From an uncultured Desulfatitalea sp. (GTDB lineage: Bacteria > Desulfobacterota > Desulfobacteria > Desulfobacterales > Desulfosarcinaceae), in NCBI GenBank assembly GCA_963668675.2, contig CAXXMB010000002.1, forward strand, positions 960,001-1,024,000: 64,000 nucleotides of DNA. The letters run 5' to 3'. Numbering within the stretch: the first letter of the stretch is position 1; every line of letters begins with the position of its first letter. This document shows positions 29,426 to 39,149 of this stretch, piece by piece. Position numbers and translations under genes: made by a program. Under the pieces are notes generated by a model. That model saw only the letters and a program-made list of their open reading frames with translations, was not told the origin of the DNA and made no database searches.

Positions 29426-30751
29426 TCATTTGGATCGTCGAGACCAGCAGGCGTTCGTATAGGCCTGCAGAGCTTTATGAACGCTCAACCCGGCAATGGC
29501 TTCGGGGTTGGCGTGTAACGATCTGCTTACGATGTCAGCGTAAAGAGCGGGCAAATGCTCCTGCATCAGGGCTTCGGGTATTGACCGGCGCAAATTCCGC
29601 ATCAACTGCGCAAGCGCCTCGCGGGCCTCGGGAAAGGACCAGTAGTATCGGATGCGATCCCGCAGGCTGTGGTGCCTCAAATCATGCAACTCTTCATCGC
29701 TTCCCCGCAAATGCGATTGCCAATGGGCCGGATGGGCCAGCATCAAGCGCTCCATCACCTCGGCCAGGCGGGCCGGCTCGTCAACTCCCGGCAGGGCCGC
29801 TTCGATATCTCCCAGGGCATATAGGGTCCGGCGCAGGGCAAACGTCAGACACGGTCCCACCTTCAGCAGCGTAAAATGGTCATCCACCAACTGCCGCAGC
29901 GCCTCCGGCGGTTGGTAATCGGTGGCATGCACTTCAAAGGTCATGCTGCCGGGAAGCCGATCATACGCAGCAGATAGACGTGCTGCCGGCCCATGCCGAT
30001 ATACGGCCACCTGGCGGTCGCCGAACTCCACGCCAGGCTGCACCACTACCGCCAGAATCCTCAGCCACGCTTCCTGCAGCCCCTTTTTATAAAATGCCCG
30101 CTGGAAGGCATCCAGGGTCTGATCCAGCTGGTGTGGATCGGTCGGTATCACAGCCCTGCCCTCTTGCAAATCGCCACCGGGCAGAGGTGTTTCATTACCG
30201 ATCACATAGAGCGGGCGGTGTTCATCGCACAACTGTTTGGCAGCATCCTCCGCAGCAGCGCACAACTCGGCCGCACGTCGGGCAGCGAGTTCGAGGGGTA
30301 GCAGTGGGCCGGGGTCGGAAGCACAACGGGCTCCAGTATCCAGATGGATCTTTACAAAACCGGCGAAAACGCAGCGCCGTACCAACGCTTCGGTAAGGGC
30401 CATGGCCTCCTCTGCCCTTGCCCCCTTCCATAAATGGGGCCCCAAATGGTCGGCGCCGATTAACAGCCGCCTGGCCGGCAACCCCTTATGCCGGGCCAGG
30501 CGAAGCAGGTCGTCGACAAAGGTTTCGGGCGTCATCCCGGTGTATCCGCCGAATTGATTGACTTGATTGGCAGTCGCCTCCACCAGCAGAAAGCGGTCGG
30601 CTGACCGGGCCATCTCCATGGCTGAGACCAGCACCACGGGATGGGCTGAGCAAACTGCGAACATCCCAGGAGAGTGCCCCTGCTCATGCCGCTCTTTCAG
30701 TTTAGAAAGCCATTGATTCTCCATGACCGCTTCGGCGCCCCACTGCTTCAT
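29426..30751 (-). CDS. gatZ: GatZ/KbaZ family protein (tagatose-phosphate epimerase / aldolase accessory subunit)
   Basis: AVCSAHPVVL, EATANQVNQFGGYTGM, GADHLGP, KIHLD, VVQPGVEF, FEVHATDYQ, LKVGP, DRIRYYW; start may be 30724. Confidence 0.88.
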   Translation of the reverse strand: MKQWGAEAVMENQWLSKLKERHEQGHSPGMFAVCSAHPVVLVSAMEMARSADRFLLVEATANQVNQFGGYTGMTPETFVDDLLRLARHKGLPARRLLIGADHLGPHLWKGARAEEAMALTEALVRRCVFAGFVKIHLDTGARCASDPGPLLPLELAARRAAELCAAAEDAAKQLCDEHRPLYVIGNETPLPGGDLQEGRAVIPTDPHQLDQTLDAFQRAFYKKGLQEAWLRILAVVVQPGVEFGDRQVAVYRHGPAARLSAAYDRLPGSMTFEVHATDYQPPEALRQLVDDHFTLLKVGPCLTFALRRTLYALGDIEAALPGVDEPARLAEVMERLMLAHPAHWQSHLRGSDEELHDLRHHSLRDRIRYYWSFPEAREALAQLMRNLRRSIPEALMQEHLPALYADIVSRSLHANPEAIAGLSVHKALQAYTNACWSRRSK

Positions 30752-31117
30752 TCAGGCTGTATAGAGGAACCATAGTGACCCATTCGTATTTGCGCAACAT
30801 GAAATGAATTCCTTTCGGCTCGGAACAAATTTGTACCTGAAAAAGGGCAAAAAAGGTAATTTCGCGCCATTAGGAGCATTCTTGGATTTAGGTATTATAA
30901 TTAAAAACAATACATTTTTCAGGTGGTACACATTATGCTTATTTTTAGGGGTTTAACAATCAGGCCGGGTGGACGACGCACACCCTTCAGGCATCTTACC
31001 CAGTACTCGCTTTCAGCGACAGCCGGATCGGCACAGTTCTCATGACGTTGCAGCTTACCGAATGGTTTTTCGCGTCGCCCTATTCCCAACACATCAACTA
31101 AATGATGGAGAGTGAAG

Positions 31118-33181
31118 ATGAAAAAGAGGATGATTCCCATACTATTGCTATTGTCGTTGGTCCTTTCCCCCCTTGCCCAGGCGGCAGAAGAGGAGACCAA
31201 GCCCCCTCTCCTGGTAAAGGGGCCTGAAAAGGCCGCCCAGGTGAACTATCAAACCATGGAGGAGGGCAAGCTGCTCGTTTCGGTGACCGACGCCGCCGAG
31301 GAGCCGGTCATGGGATTGACCATCAATGACTTCTCGATTCTGCAGGGGGTTAAAACCGCCAAGATTGTATCCGTTGAGCCCCTGGCCACCGACAAGGATG
31401 TCCCGCTCAACATCGTGCTGGTTATCGACAACTCCTATTCCATGTCCCATCGCAAAGCCATCGAGCCGCTCAGGAAAGCATTGAGGGCGTTTTATGACAC
31501 CCTGCGCCCCATCGACACCGTGTCGGTGGTCGTCTTCGACGATGACCGCACCGTATCGGTCGACGGGCATGCGCTGCACGTCAAGACGCTTCAGACGGGC
31601 CAGTTCGAAGAGCTGCGGAACTTTATCAACAAGAGCATGGACGAAGGCCTGACCGAAGGCACCTATCTGCACGACGCCATGCTGGCCGGCCTCGACATTG
31701 CGCGGCGGATGCCGGAGAAGAGCAACAAGTTCCTGGCGGTTTTCACCGACGGAGAGGACATCAACTCAACGGTCGGTGAAAAAGAGATCGGCGCCGCCGT
31801 CAAAAAAATTACCAACTTCTCCGCCTATGCCGTGGACTACATGCCCGGCGCCGGCACGAACCCATTTCTGAATGCGTTTTCGACAAGCAACAATGGACGC
31901 GTCTGGAAGGCATCGTCGGCCACAGACCTGCTGCCGGTGTTCAAAGCGTTCTCATCCACCCTTCTGCACCGTTATGTTGTGGCCTACCGCTTTCTCGAAG
32001 CACCGACCGGCTCGCTCGCGTTTGCCGACCCGCAGCTGACCATCGAGGAGGTCACCACCATCGACAGCGCGCCGCTGCTCAATCACATCTATTTTGAGAC
32101 CGAACAGAGCGAGCTTTCCGATCGCTACCGCCTGTTTCAGAATCAATCCGAAACGGCTGCATTCAATGAAAAAGAGCTGAGAGGGGCCATGGAGAAGTAT
32201 CGCCATGTGCTCAACATCATCGGCAGCCGGCTCAAGGCCAACCCGGACGCCACCGTTCGCCTGGTGGGCTGCAACGCCAACATCGGTGCCGAGAAGGGCC
32301 GTACCGATCTATCCCGCAGCCGGGCCGAAGCGGTGCGCGCTTATCTGCGCTATGTGTGGGGTATTGGCCCGGAGCGACTCGCCCTTGAAACGCGAAACCT
32401 GCCCGAAGCACCAAGCACCAACCGAATCTCGGAAGGCCAGGCCGAGAACCGTCGTGTGGAGATCTATGCAAACAATGATGCAATCCTGGACACGGTGGAC
32501 AGTGCCTACATCCAAAATGTCAGCAGTCTGAGCGAACTGCGCATCCTGCCCGAAATCAAGGCCGAGGCCGGTATCGAAGATTGGCAGGTCAACCTCTTCT
32601 GCGGCGACCGGGAGATCAAAACCATAAAGGGCCAGGGCGACCTGCCCAGCGATTGGACGGTCCCCCTGGAAGCGGCGCTGCTCGAACAGATCTCCACCTG
32701 TGAATCGGTGGAAATGCAGGTGCAGGCGACGGACAAGGAGTCCAACGTGTTGCAGTCGCAAGAGGCGGTCACCCTGCCGATCAATTTCGTAAAGCGCACC
32801 GAGCAGGTGGCCCAGGTCGAAGGATACCGCGTCTTGGAGCAGTATGCACTCATCCTGTTCGACTATGACAGCGCCGCCATCAAGGCACGCAACCAAACCA
32901 TCGTCGAACGCATCATCGCCCGTATGGATGAGGTCCCCGATGCCAAGGTCACCATAACGGGCCACACCGACACCATCGGGAAGGAAGCGTACAATCTGGT
33001 ACTGTCCGACCGCCGCGCCCAGGCCGTGCGTGACCAGATCCTGGCCGCCAAACCGGAGATCGCCGAGCGGCTCGAGGTCAAAGGCATCGGCCCCAATGAA
33101 CCCCTTTACAACAACGAGTTGCCCGAAGGCCGCTCCCTCAACCGAACGGTGACGGTAACACTCGAATACATGGAGAGATAG
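31118..33181 (+). CDS. Secreted VWA + tandem OmpA-like domain protein
   Basis: Signal peptide; MIDAS motif DNSYSM...T...FTDGED; OmpA-like motifs LSRSRAEAV..NRRVEI and GHTDTIG..YNLVLSDRRAQAV..NRTV. Confidence 0.85.
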   Translation: MKKRMIPILLLLSLVLSPLAQAAEEETKPPLLVKGPEKAAQVNYQTMEEGKLLVSVTDAAEEPVMGLTINDFSILQGVKTAKIVSVEPLATDKDVPLNIVLVIDNSYSMSHRKAIEPLRKALRAFYDTLRPIDTVSVVVFDDDRTVSVDGHALHVKTLQTGQFEELRNFINKSMDEGLTEGTYLHDAMLAGLDIARRMPEKSNKFLAVFTDGEDINSTVGEKEIGAAVKKITNFSAYAVDYMPGAGTNPFLNAFSTSNNGRVWKASSATDLLPVFKAFSSTLLHRYVVAYRFLEAPTGSLAFADPQLTIEEVTTIDSAPLLNHIYFETEQSELSDRYRLFQNQSETAAFNEKELRGAMEKYRHVLNIIGSRLKANPDATVRLVGCNANIGAEKGRTDLSRSRAEAVRAYLRYVWGIGPERLALETRNLPEAPSTNRISEGQAENRRVEIYANNDAILDTVDSAYIQNVSSLSELRILPEIKAEAGIEDWQVNLFCGDREIKTIKGQGDLPSDWTVPLEAALLEQISTCESVEMQVQATDKESNVLQSQEAVTLPINFVKRTEQVAQVEGYRVLEQYALILFDYDSAAIKARNQTIVERIIARMDEVPDAKVTITGHTDTIGKEAYNLVLSDRRAQAVRDQILAAKPEIAERLEVKGIGPNEPLYNNELPEGRSLNRTVTVTLEYMER

Positions 33182-33369
33182 ATCTCCGTAGCACATCATT
33201 ATAAAACCCGACGGGGTCACTGCGCCATGCGCGGCGGCCCCGCCCTTTTTCCGCGTCTCAAGATCCGTTTGACACACCACCTTCGCTGCCCTAAGATTCC
33301 AGCCACGCCATCCATCTGGACCGGCACAATGCTCGGGCAAGGCACACAAACCGATAGCATAAAGGCCTC

Positions 33370-33394
33370 GTAGGGGCGGGCTTTATGCCCGCCC
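33370..33394 (+). repeat. GTAG-type REP-like palindrome
   Basis: GTAGGGGCGGGCTTTATGCCCGCCC; related copies at about 49631-49656 (inverted) and 49700-49722. Confidence 0.6.
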
Positions 33395-33472
33395 GGTGAG
33401 ACGGTGATAGCACCGCTTCAATGACATGGACTTTAAACGATAGGCGAAGAGAAGCATAAGAAAAGAGGAAGC

Positions 33473-34006
33473 ATGAAATATACCCTAAGCGTCGTCACCA
33501 CCATAGCGGCCATCATCTGCTTCTCCATCCTTTCCTGCGGCGACAGAGACGACGCCGCAGCCATTCGCAAACTGATCGACCATGCGAAGACACTGGCGGA
33601 AGATCACCAGATCGGCGATCTCATGGATTTGACGACCAAAGGATTCAGCGCCTCCCCGGGCCAACATGACGCCCGCAGTGTGCGCGGCATCCTCTTTGTC
33701 GCTTTCAAGCACTACGGCACCTTCGACATACGCTACCCCAGGCCTTCTGTAGATGTGGGAAAGGGAGCCACCACGGCCGAGGCGACTATCCACTTCATGA
33801 TCGTCAGCCAGGACAAGCCCATGCCCGAACTGAAAGATCTCTATGGAGACCCCCAGGCATGGTTGGAGAAGGCCGGAGAGAAGGCCGATCTGTACAGGCT
33901 CAAACTCGACCTCATAAAACAGGAGGGTGATTGGCGGGTTCAAATAGCTGACCTGTCGACCCTCAAGGGGATGACCTTTTCATCCAACGCCCATCACATC
34001 AGATAA
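33473..34006 (+). CDS. Hypothetical lipoprotein (NTF2-like fold possible)
   Basis: Lipobox ILSC; ends with a KQEGDWRV beta-strand pattern. Confidence 0.6.
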   Translation: MKYTLSVVTTIAAIICFSILSCGDRDDAAAIRKLIDHAKTLAEDHQIGDLMDLTTKGFSASPGQHDARSVRGILFVAFKHYGTFDIRYPRPSVDVGKGATTAEATIHFMIVSQDKPMPELKDLYGDPQAWLEKAGEKADLYRLKLDLIKQEGDWRVQIADLSTLKGMTFSSNAHHIR

Positions 34007-34018
34007 GGATCGGAAGCG

Positions 34019-34945
34019 ATGAACAAATTGGAGCTTGTAGACCTTGTATTATCTGGAGAAGCGGTTGATCGGCCACCGGTGAGTATGTGGTACCACTTTG
34101 GAACTCAACACGGCGGCGGGCATCAGTTTGCACGCACCACGCTCGATTTCTTCAACTACTACGACTTTGATTATCTCAAGGTGATGAATGATTACTTCTA
34201 CCACCCCCCCGAAGGTATCGACGCCATCCGCACGGCCAAAGACCTGGAGAGATTGACACGTTTCGATGTTTCCCAGTCTCTGTGGCAGGAGCAGTTCAAA
34301 GCCATCGACATCATTGGCCGGGAATTGAAAGGCAAGGCCCATTTCGTCGACACGGTCTTCGACGCCTGGCAGAGCATCAACCGCAACCTGGCGGCCGAGA
34401 ACATGAAGCAGTTGATGGCCGAAGCGCCCGACGCCCTGCTGGCGGCCCTTGACCGCGTCAGCGACAATCTGATCGACTACGCCAAGACCGTTATCGGACT
34501 CGGCGCCTCAGGGATCTTCCTCTCCATTCCGGCCGGGCCGGAGATCGTCACCCGGGAGGAGTTTCTCACCTTCGTCAAACCCTTCGCCCGCAAGGTGCTC
34601 GAAGCAACCCATCCCCTGACCACAATGAACACCTTGCACGTTCACGGCAAGGAACTCTTCTTTGAAGAGACGCTCGACCTGCCAGCTCACGTTTTCAACT
34701 GGTGGGACCGCGGTCCAACGGGGCCTTCGTTGCAATGGGTAAAGGAGCGCATCCCAGGCTGCGTCATGGGCGGCATCGACCAGACCATCGTGGCCCGCCG
34801 CACCCGCGCCTTTCTCAAAGAGCACGTCCGTGAAGGGATCGAATCAGGCGGCAACCGCCGCTTCTTCCTGGCCAACGGCTGCACCATCGATTCGTGGGTC
34901 TATCCGGGCGCCCTGCAGACCATCGTAGAGACAGCCAGATCATAA
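34019..34945 (+). CDS. Uroporphyrinogen decarboxylase (URO-D)/MtaA-like family protein
   Basis: GEAVDRPPVSMWYH, LHVHG, VMGGID, FFLANGC. Confidence 0.8.
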   Translation: MNKLELVDLVLSGEAVDRPPVSMWYHFGTQHGGGHQFARTTLDFFNYYDFDYLKVMNDYFYHPPEGIDAIRTAKDLERLTRFDVSQSLWQEQFKAIDIIGRELKGKAHFVDTVFDAWQSINRNLAAENMKQLMAEAPDALLAALDRVSDNLIDYAKTVIGLGASGIFLSIPAGPEIVTREEFLTFVKPFARKVLEATHPLTTMNTLHVHGKELFFEETLDLPAHVFNWWDRGPTGPSLQWVKERIPGCVMGGIDQTIVARRTRAFLKEHVREGIESGGNRRFFLANGCTIDSWVYPGALQTIVETARS

Positions 34946-34966
34946 AACCGCAAACAGAGAAGAAAA

Positions 34967-35404
34967 ATGATGCCCTCCTCATTCATTCCGGTAGACGCCA
35001 ACTACGAACAGCGCGTCCACGACAGCTTCTATGGACAGCCTTTCATGAAACTGATCGGAGGTGAGCTGGTTTCCGTCAAACCAGGTCATTGCGAAATCCT
35101 TCTGAAACACAACCCGGAGTTGACCCAGCAGCATGGTTATTTCCACGCCGGTATCATCGGCACGATGGCCGACAACTCCGGCGGATATGCAGCACTGACA
35201 TTAACTTCGCCGGGGAAGGAGGTGCTCACTGTGGAGTACAAACTGAACCTTCTGTTACCGGGAAATGGCGAGGAGCTGATTAGCCGTGGCAAAGTCATCA
35301 AAGCGGGACGAACGTTGATCGTTTGCCAATCAAACGTATTCAATATTTCAAAGGCAAAAGAGACGTTGGCAGCCACTGCGATCATAACACTGCTGCCGGT
35401 GTAA
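34967..35404 (+). CDS. PaaI family thioesterase
   Basis: QQHGYFHAGIIGTMADNSGG, LTVEYKLNLL. Confidence 0.88.
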   Translation: MMPSSFIPVDANYEQRVHDSFYGQPFMKLIGGELVSVKPGHCEILLKHNPELTQQHGYFHAGIIGTMADNSGGYAALTLTSPGKEVLTVEYKLNLLLPGNGEELISRGKVIKAGRTLIVCQSNVFNISKAKETLAATAIITLLPV

Positions 35405-35606
35405 CGCTTTTCCCTGAGAATGATTCAGGCCATCAGCACCCGGCAGCCATCGATATCCCCGCCACCTGTTTTGGATGATGAATACGTACCGCTGTAGGCA
35501 CATTTAAATAAAAAATGGGGATTCATTTGGATTTCAATATATTATAATCACAATCCTTTATCCCGCTTACCAGAAAAAGAAATTCAAAGCCCTAAACTAA
35601 AGAGAA

Positions 35607-36053
35607 TCAGTCGTAGCTCGCACGGGTCGCCTCATCACTCATCGTCGGCGCAATCATCGGCTCCCATGCGGCGTCAGCCCATGTCCCCAGATGGGTATGC
35701 ATATCGAGATATTTTTTCGGTATCGGGTGCGTGCCCACAACGACATCGACCGCATAGCGCTTTTCAAGAAAGGCTTTGAAGGTATCGATATGGGGGCAGG
35801 GGGGATAACCCACCACCAGACCGGTGGCCAAATGAATAACTTCTGCGCCATTCTTGACCATCTCTTCGCCCGCATATTCGATGTTGCCGCCGGGACAGCC
35901 ATCGCAGGTTGTAAACCCGACCAACTCGACATCGATGTCAGCGTATACGCTGAAAGCGCCTTCCCGATTCCTCATCGCGCGGAAGCATTTACCGCCCGCA
36001 CAGCGGCGATAGCGATCACAGATAACGATTCCGATCTTTGCTTTTGATTTCAT
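35607..36053 (-). CDS. CGGC domain protein
   Basis: CAGGKC, TTCDGCPGG, IHLATG..PPCP, VVVGTH. Confidence 0.85.
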   Translation of the reverse strand: MKSKAKIGIVICDRYRRCAGGKCFRAMRNREGAFSVYADIDVELVGFTTCDGCPGGNIEYAGEEMVKNGAEVIHLATGLVVGYPPCPHIDTFKAFLEKRYAVDVVVGTHPIPKKYLDMHTHLGTWADAAWEPMIAPTMSDEATRASYD

Positions 36054-36065
36054 TTCAGCTCCTTA

Positions 36066-36449
36066 TTAACGAATGTACAGAGACATACACTGGATACCCC
36101 AGTGCCCCTTATTCGATGTAACGATCCACAAAGCTTCATGGGTCGTGTATTTCGTCCCATCGGCCCTGTAACGGCTGTAAACTACTTTGAAATGGGCCTT
36201 GGTATCCCAAACCTGAAACGGTTCAGCCAAATCGAGTACGGTGTGATGCCAGTCTTCTCGCTCGATCAGTGCCGCTGTCGGAGACACAAAATCCGAAGCC
36301 TTTTGCACCGGTCGAACCGAGCTGTTGATGATCCAGCTGAAAGGGAAATTCAACTTATCGGTCATAGCAGCGGTGTCTTGCCTGTTAAAGGCTTCGATAT
36401 AAGCCGCTATGGTTTCTCGGGCTTTCTCCTCAGACAATTTAGCCTCCAT
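36066..36449 (-). CDS. Hypothetical NTF2-like protein
   Basis: YIEAFNRQD..., KAHFKVVYSRYRADG, WGIQ. Confidence 0.55.
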   Translation of the reverse strand: MEAKLSEEKARETIAAYIEAFNRQDTAAMTDKLNFPFSWIINSSVRPVQKASDFVSPTAALIEREDWHHTVLDLAEPFQVWDTKAHFKVVYSRYRADGTKYTTHEALWIVTSNKGHWGIQCMSLYIR

Positions 36450-36621
36450 CAACTCAGGCCCATTTGGATAGAATCCGGAATGAGTCTTTGGTCAGCAACA
36501 CGTTTCTATATATTCAGTTTTTACCTTCCATAATGCTCAAAGTACAATATCGATTGTCTGCTTTTTATATAAATACAAACGGTTCTCTAAAAAGCTCAAG
36601 CACAGCTTATTTCTGGAACCC

Positions 36622-36660
36622 ACTCCCCCCTTTGACAAAAGGGGGGCCGGGGGGACTTTT
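36622..36660. repeat. CCCCCTTT..AAAGGGGG palindromic repeat (single unit)
   Basis: CTCCCCCCTTTGACAAAAGGGGGGCCGGGGGGACTTT; same family as 41223-41317. Confidence 0.6.
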
Positions 36661-37064
36661 CCGCTGAACCATTAATGGTTCGATGTCAGTCTATCTTACC
36701 TTCATTCCGGCAGCTTGAGCATTTCAGATAACCGTATAAATACATTTTTGAAAAGAACGTAATTCTCACCTGACGTTGTGGAGTAGCGGCGAAACTAAGG
36801 GCAAGTGTAAAAAAATTAGCAAAACCGCCAACCTTATCTGAGCTCTTAAACACCTTGAATATTAACGTTTATCCCATGTTTTAAATCGTTTTCTACAGTA
36901 CTCGTCCAGAGCTGTTGAGTTTTCGAAACAGGGCATGGATGCATCACTAATAGGGTAATCAAATTCGCAATTTTTATCTGAACGTCCCTGCATGGTCAGC
37001 TATCATATATGGCACAGCCGCCATTGTCCATATAATGAATGCAAGGATTATAGGAGGACTGCTT

Positions 37065-37286
37065 ATGCGCAACGGCCGATGCCCACGATGGAATTCACGC
37101 GCCGTCTACAAGATGACCAATGGTATAATATCCGGAGACAAACACGTCTATGTCCGGGGCCTTGATTTCAGTTCACCCAAGACCGATCGTTTGGCCTACC
37201 TTTGCTCGACATGCGGTTATCACGAGTACTATCTTACCGATGAGAATATTTTGCAAAAGGTCACCCAAAAATGGGAGAAAGTATAG
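37065..37286 (+). CDS. Small zinc-ribbon-like protein (first CXXC reads CPRW)
   Basis: AGGAGG RBS; MRNGRCPRWNS...YLCSTCGYHEYY. Confidence 0.55.
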   Translation: MRNGRCPRWNSRAVYKMTNGIISGDKHVYVRGLDFSSPKTDRLAYLCSTCGYHEYYLTDENILQKVTQKWEKV

Positions 37287-37441
37287 TTTATTGACCCTAA
37301 AAAAGCGTTTAAAAATTTATGAAATAAACGAAAGCACAAACTTTCAAAAAATGCCATGCCCCACCCGGTCGGTGAAAACCGCTGTGGGGCCACCATGATG
37401 GCTCAATCACATCCTGCGTATAGGCCGAAGACGGCACGCCC

Positions 37442-37531
37442 TATTAACCCGGCAATTAATTACCTTAGCAATCGTCATTCCGGCGCAGGCCGGAATGACA
37501 AAGGTTGGCCTATTTAATTGCCGGTTTAATA
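37442..37531. repeat. MITE-like element, copy 2 (90 bp, internally deleted)
   Basis: Same termini as 2910-3035; lacks the 36-bp CCAGACCG...CCGGGAT segment. Confidence 0.8.
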
Positions 37532-37541
37532 TCTTGAGCCT

Positions 37542-38258
37542 TCACCTTTCATCTTCTCTCTCCACCAACCGCCCCCCGCTCAGTTTCATAACACGGTCGG
37601 CGACGCGGTTCACCTGTTCCATATAGTGGGATACCATGAGGACCGTGCAGGTGGTTTTGAGTCGGTGCAAAAGCTGTTCGATCACCTCGACAGCCTCGGG
37701 ATCCAAGGAGGCGGTGGGTTCGTCCAGGAGCAGCACTTCGGGTTCGAGCATGAGCGCTCTGGCAATGCACAGGCGCTGTTGCTGGCCGCCGGAAAGGTTG
37801 CGGGCATCACTGCTGAGCCGGTCTTTGACTTCATCCCACAAAAAGGCCTGTTGCAATGCATTTTGAACGCGGGACGCCACATGCTGCCGGTCTGTTCGCC
37901 CGGCCAGTTTCAGGGGAAAGGCCACATTTTTAAAGATGCTCATGGGCAAGGGGTTGGGGTCCTGGAAGACCAGCCCCACCTTGCGCCTGAGCTGATTGAC
38001 GGGGTATCCGCCATCATAAATATCGGTGGGGACACCCTTAAAAAATATCTCGACCCGGCCCTGGATACGGCCGCCGGTGCCCTCTTCCCATAGACGGTTA
38101 ACGGCGGTGAGCAGGGTGGATTTGCCCTGCCCGGACGGCCCCACTATGGCGGTAACGGCATGCTCGGCAAAATCGACACTGATGCCGTCAAGCACTTTGC
38201 GGGGGCCGTAGTGGAAGGAGAAATCTGTAAATCGGATTTTTGTCTTGATGTTGTCCAT
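37542..38258 (-). CDS. pstB: Phosphate-type ABC transporter ATP-binding protein (PstB-like)
   Basis: GPSGQGKST, VFQDPNPLPMSIFKNV, LWDEVKDRL, LSGGQQQRLCIARAL. Confidence 0.85.
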   Translation of the reverse strand: MDNIKTKIRFTDFSFHYGPRKVLDGISVDFAEHAVTAIVGPSGQGKSTLLTAVNRLWEEGTGGRIQGRVEIFFKGVPTDIYDGGYPVNQLRRKVGLVFQDPNPLPMSIFKNVAFPLKLAGRTDRQHVASRVQNALQQAFLWDEVKDRLSSDARNLSGGQQQRLCIARALMLEPEVLLLDEPTASLDPEAVEVIEQLLHRLKTTCTVLMVSHYMEQVNRVADRVMKLSGGRLVEREDER

Positions 38259-38267
38259 TCATTTTCC

Positions 38268-39149
38268 TCAAAACCGGCCCACCATCGTTTTTCTCATGAC
38301 AGCCCTGATCACCATGCTCAGGGCGAACAGTACGGTGCAGAGCACCAGCAGTATGATAGCAGCGCCGTATCCATTGAGAAGTTCCTGCTGATCCATGTAT
38401 TGGGACGAAATGTAGTAGATATAAAACGGCAATGCTTCGAATTTGGCCAGTAAAGACCTGGGAACGCCTGCCATGGCCACGGCGCCGGTGAGCATGATCA
38501 CGGCAGTGTCTTCGGCGCAGCGTCCGATGGAGAGGATCACGCCGCTGACAATGCCGTTCAACGCTCCGGGAATCAGTACGCGCAAAATATTCTGCAACCG
38601 GGATGCTCCCAGTGCCGGCGCGATGATGCGGATATGGCGCGGCAGACTCTCCAAGGCGGTCTGGGTGCTGCGGATCAGATAGGGCAGGACGAGAAACGAG
38701 AGGGAAAGGGCGGCGATCAAAAGCGAAGGATAGATGGCCCGGCTGAGATACTTGTGCAGGAACAGCGACAGGGAGAAGCCGAACAGCCCCACCACGATCG
38801 AGGGAATGCCGGCCAAAATCTCGAAAAGCAGGGTTACGATGCCCTTTACCCGCCCCCTGCTGTATTCCGCCAGGTAGATACCGGTTGCCAGCCCCACAGG
38901 CAGTGCCATCCCCACGGCAGTGATGACCAAAAGAAGTGTCCCGGCAATCGCAGGCAACAGCCCGTCAAAAACCGGCTGCTGCAGCAAAAGGGCGTCCAGG
39001 ATTTGGGTTTGGCCGAAGATCAATTGCCGGTTAAGGACCGGCCACCCTTTGTAGAATAGAAAACCGACAATGGACAAGACCGCCCCCACCAAAAACAGGC
39101 TGCTGCACCAGCTCCAGGCCACTAGCAGATGTTCCGTCGCCTTTCTCAT
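38268..39149 (-). CDS. pstA: Phosphate-type ABC permease (PstA-like)
   Basis: GIYLAEY, LAGIPSIVVGLFG, ALGASR, IGRCAEDTA. Confidence 0.8.
   Translation of the reverse strand: MRKATEHLLVAWSWCSSLFLVGAVLSIVGFLFYKGWPVLNRQLIFGQTQILDALLLQQPVFDGLLPAIAGTLLLVITAVGMALPVGLATGIYLAEYSRGRVKGIVTLLFEILAGIPSIVVGLFGFSLSLFLHKYLSRAIYPSLLIAALSLSFLVLPYLIRSTQTALESLPRHIRIIAPALGASRLQNILRVLIPGALNGIVSGVILSIGRCAEDTAVIMLTGAVAMAGVPRSLLAKFEALPFYIYYISSQYMDQQELLNGYGAAIILLVLCTVLFALSMVIRAVMRKTMVGRF

Noticed and set aside
30955..31035. Possible c-di-GMP-I/GEMM riboswitch upstream of the VWA-OmpA gene (GACGCA...GACAGCCGGATCG)
   Set aside because: No GGCAAA/GNRA-capped P1 and the P2 pairing is poor; only an Rfam covariance search could rescue it
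36752..36850. Half attC-like sequence (AACGTAATTCTCACCTGACG...)
   Set aside because: No complementary second arm found
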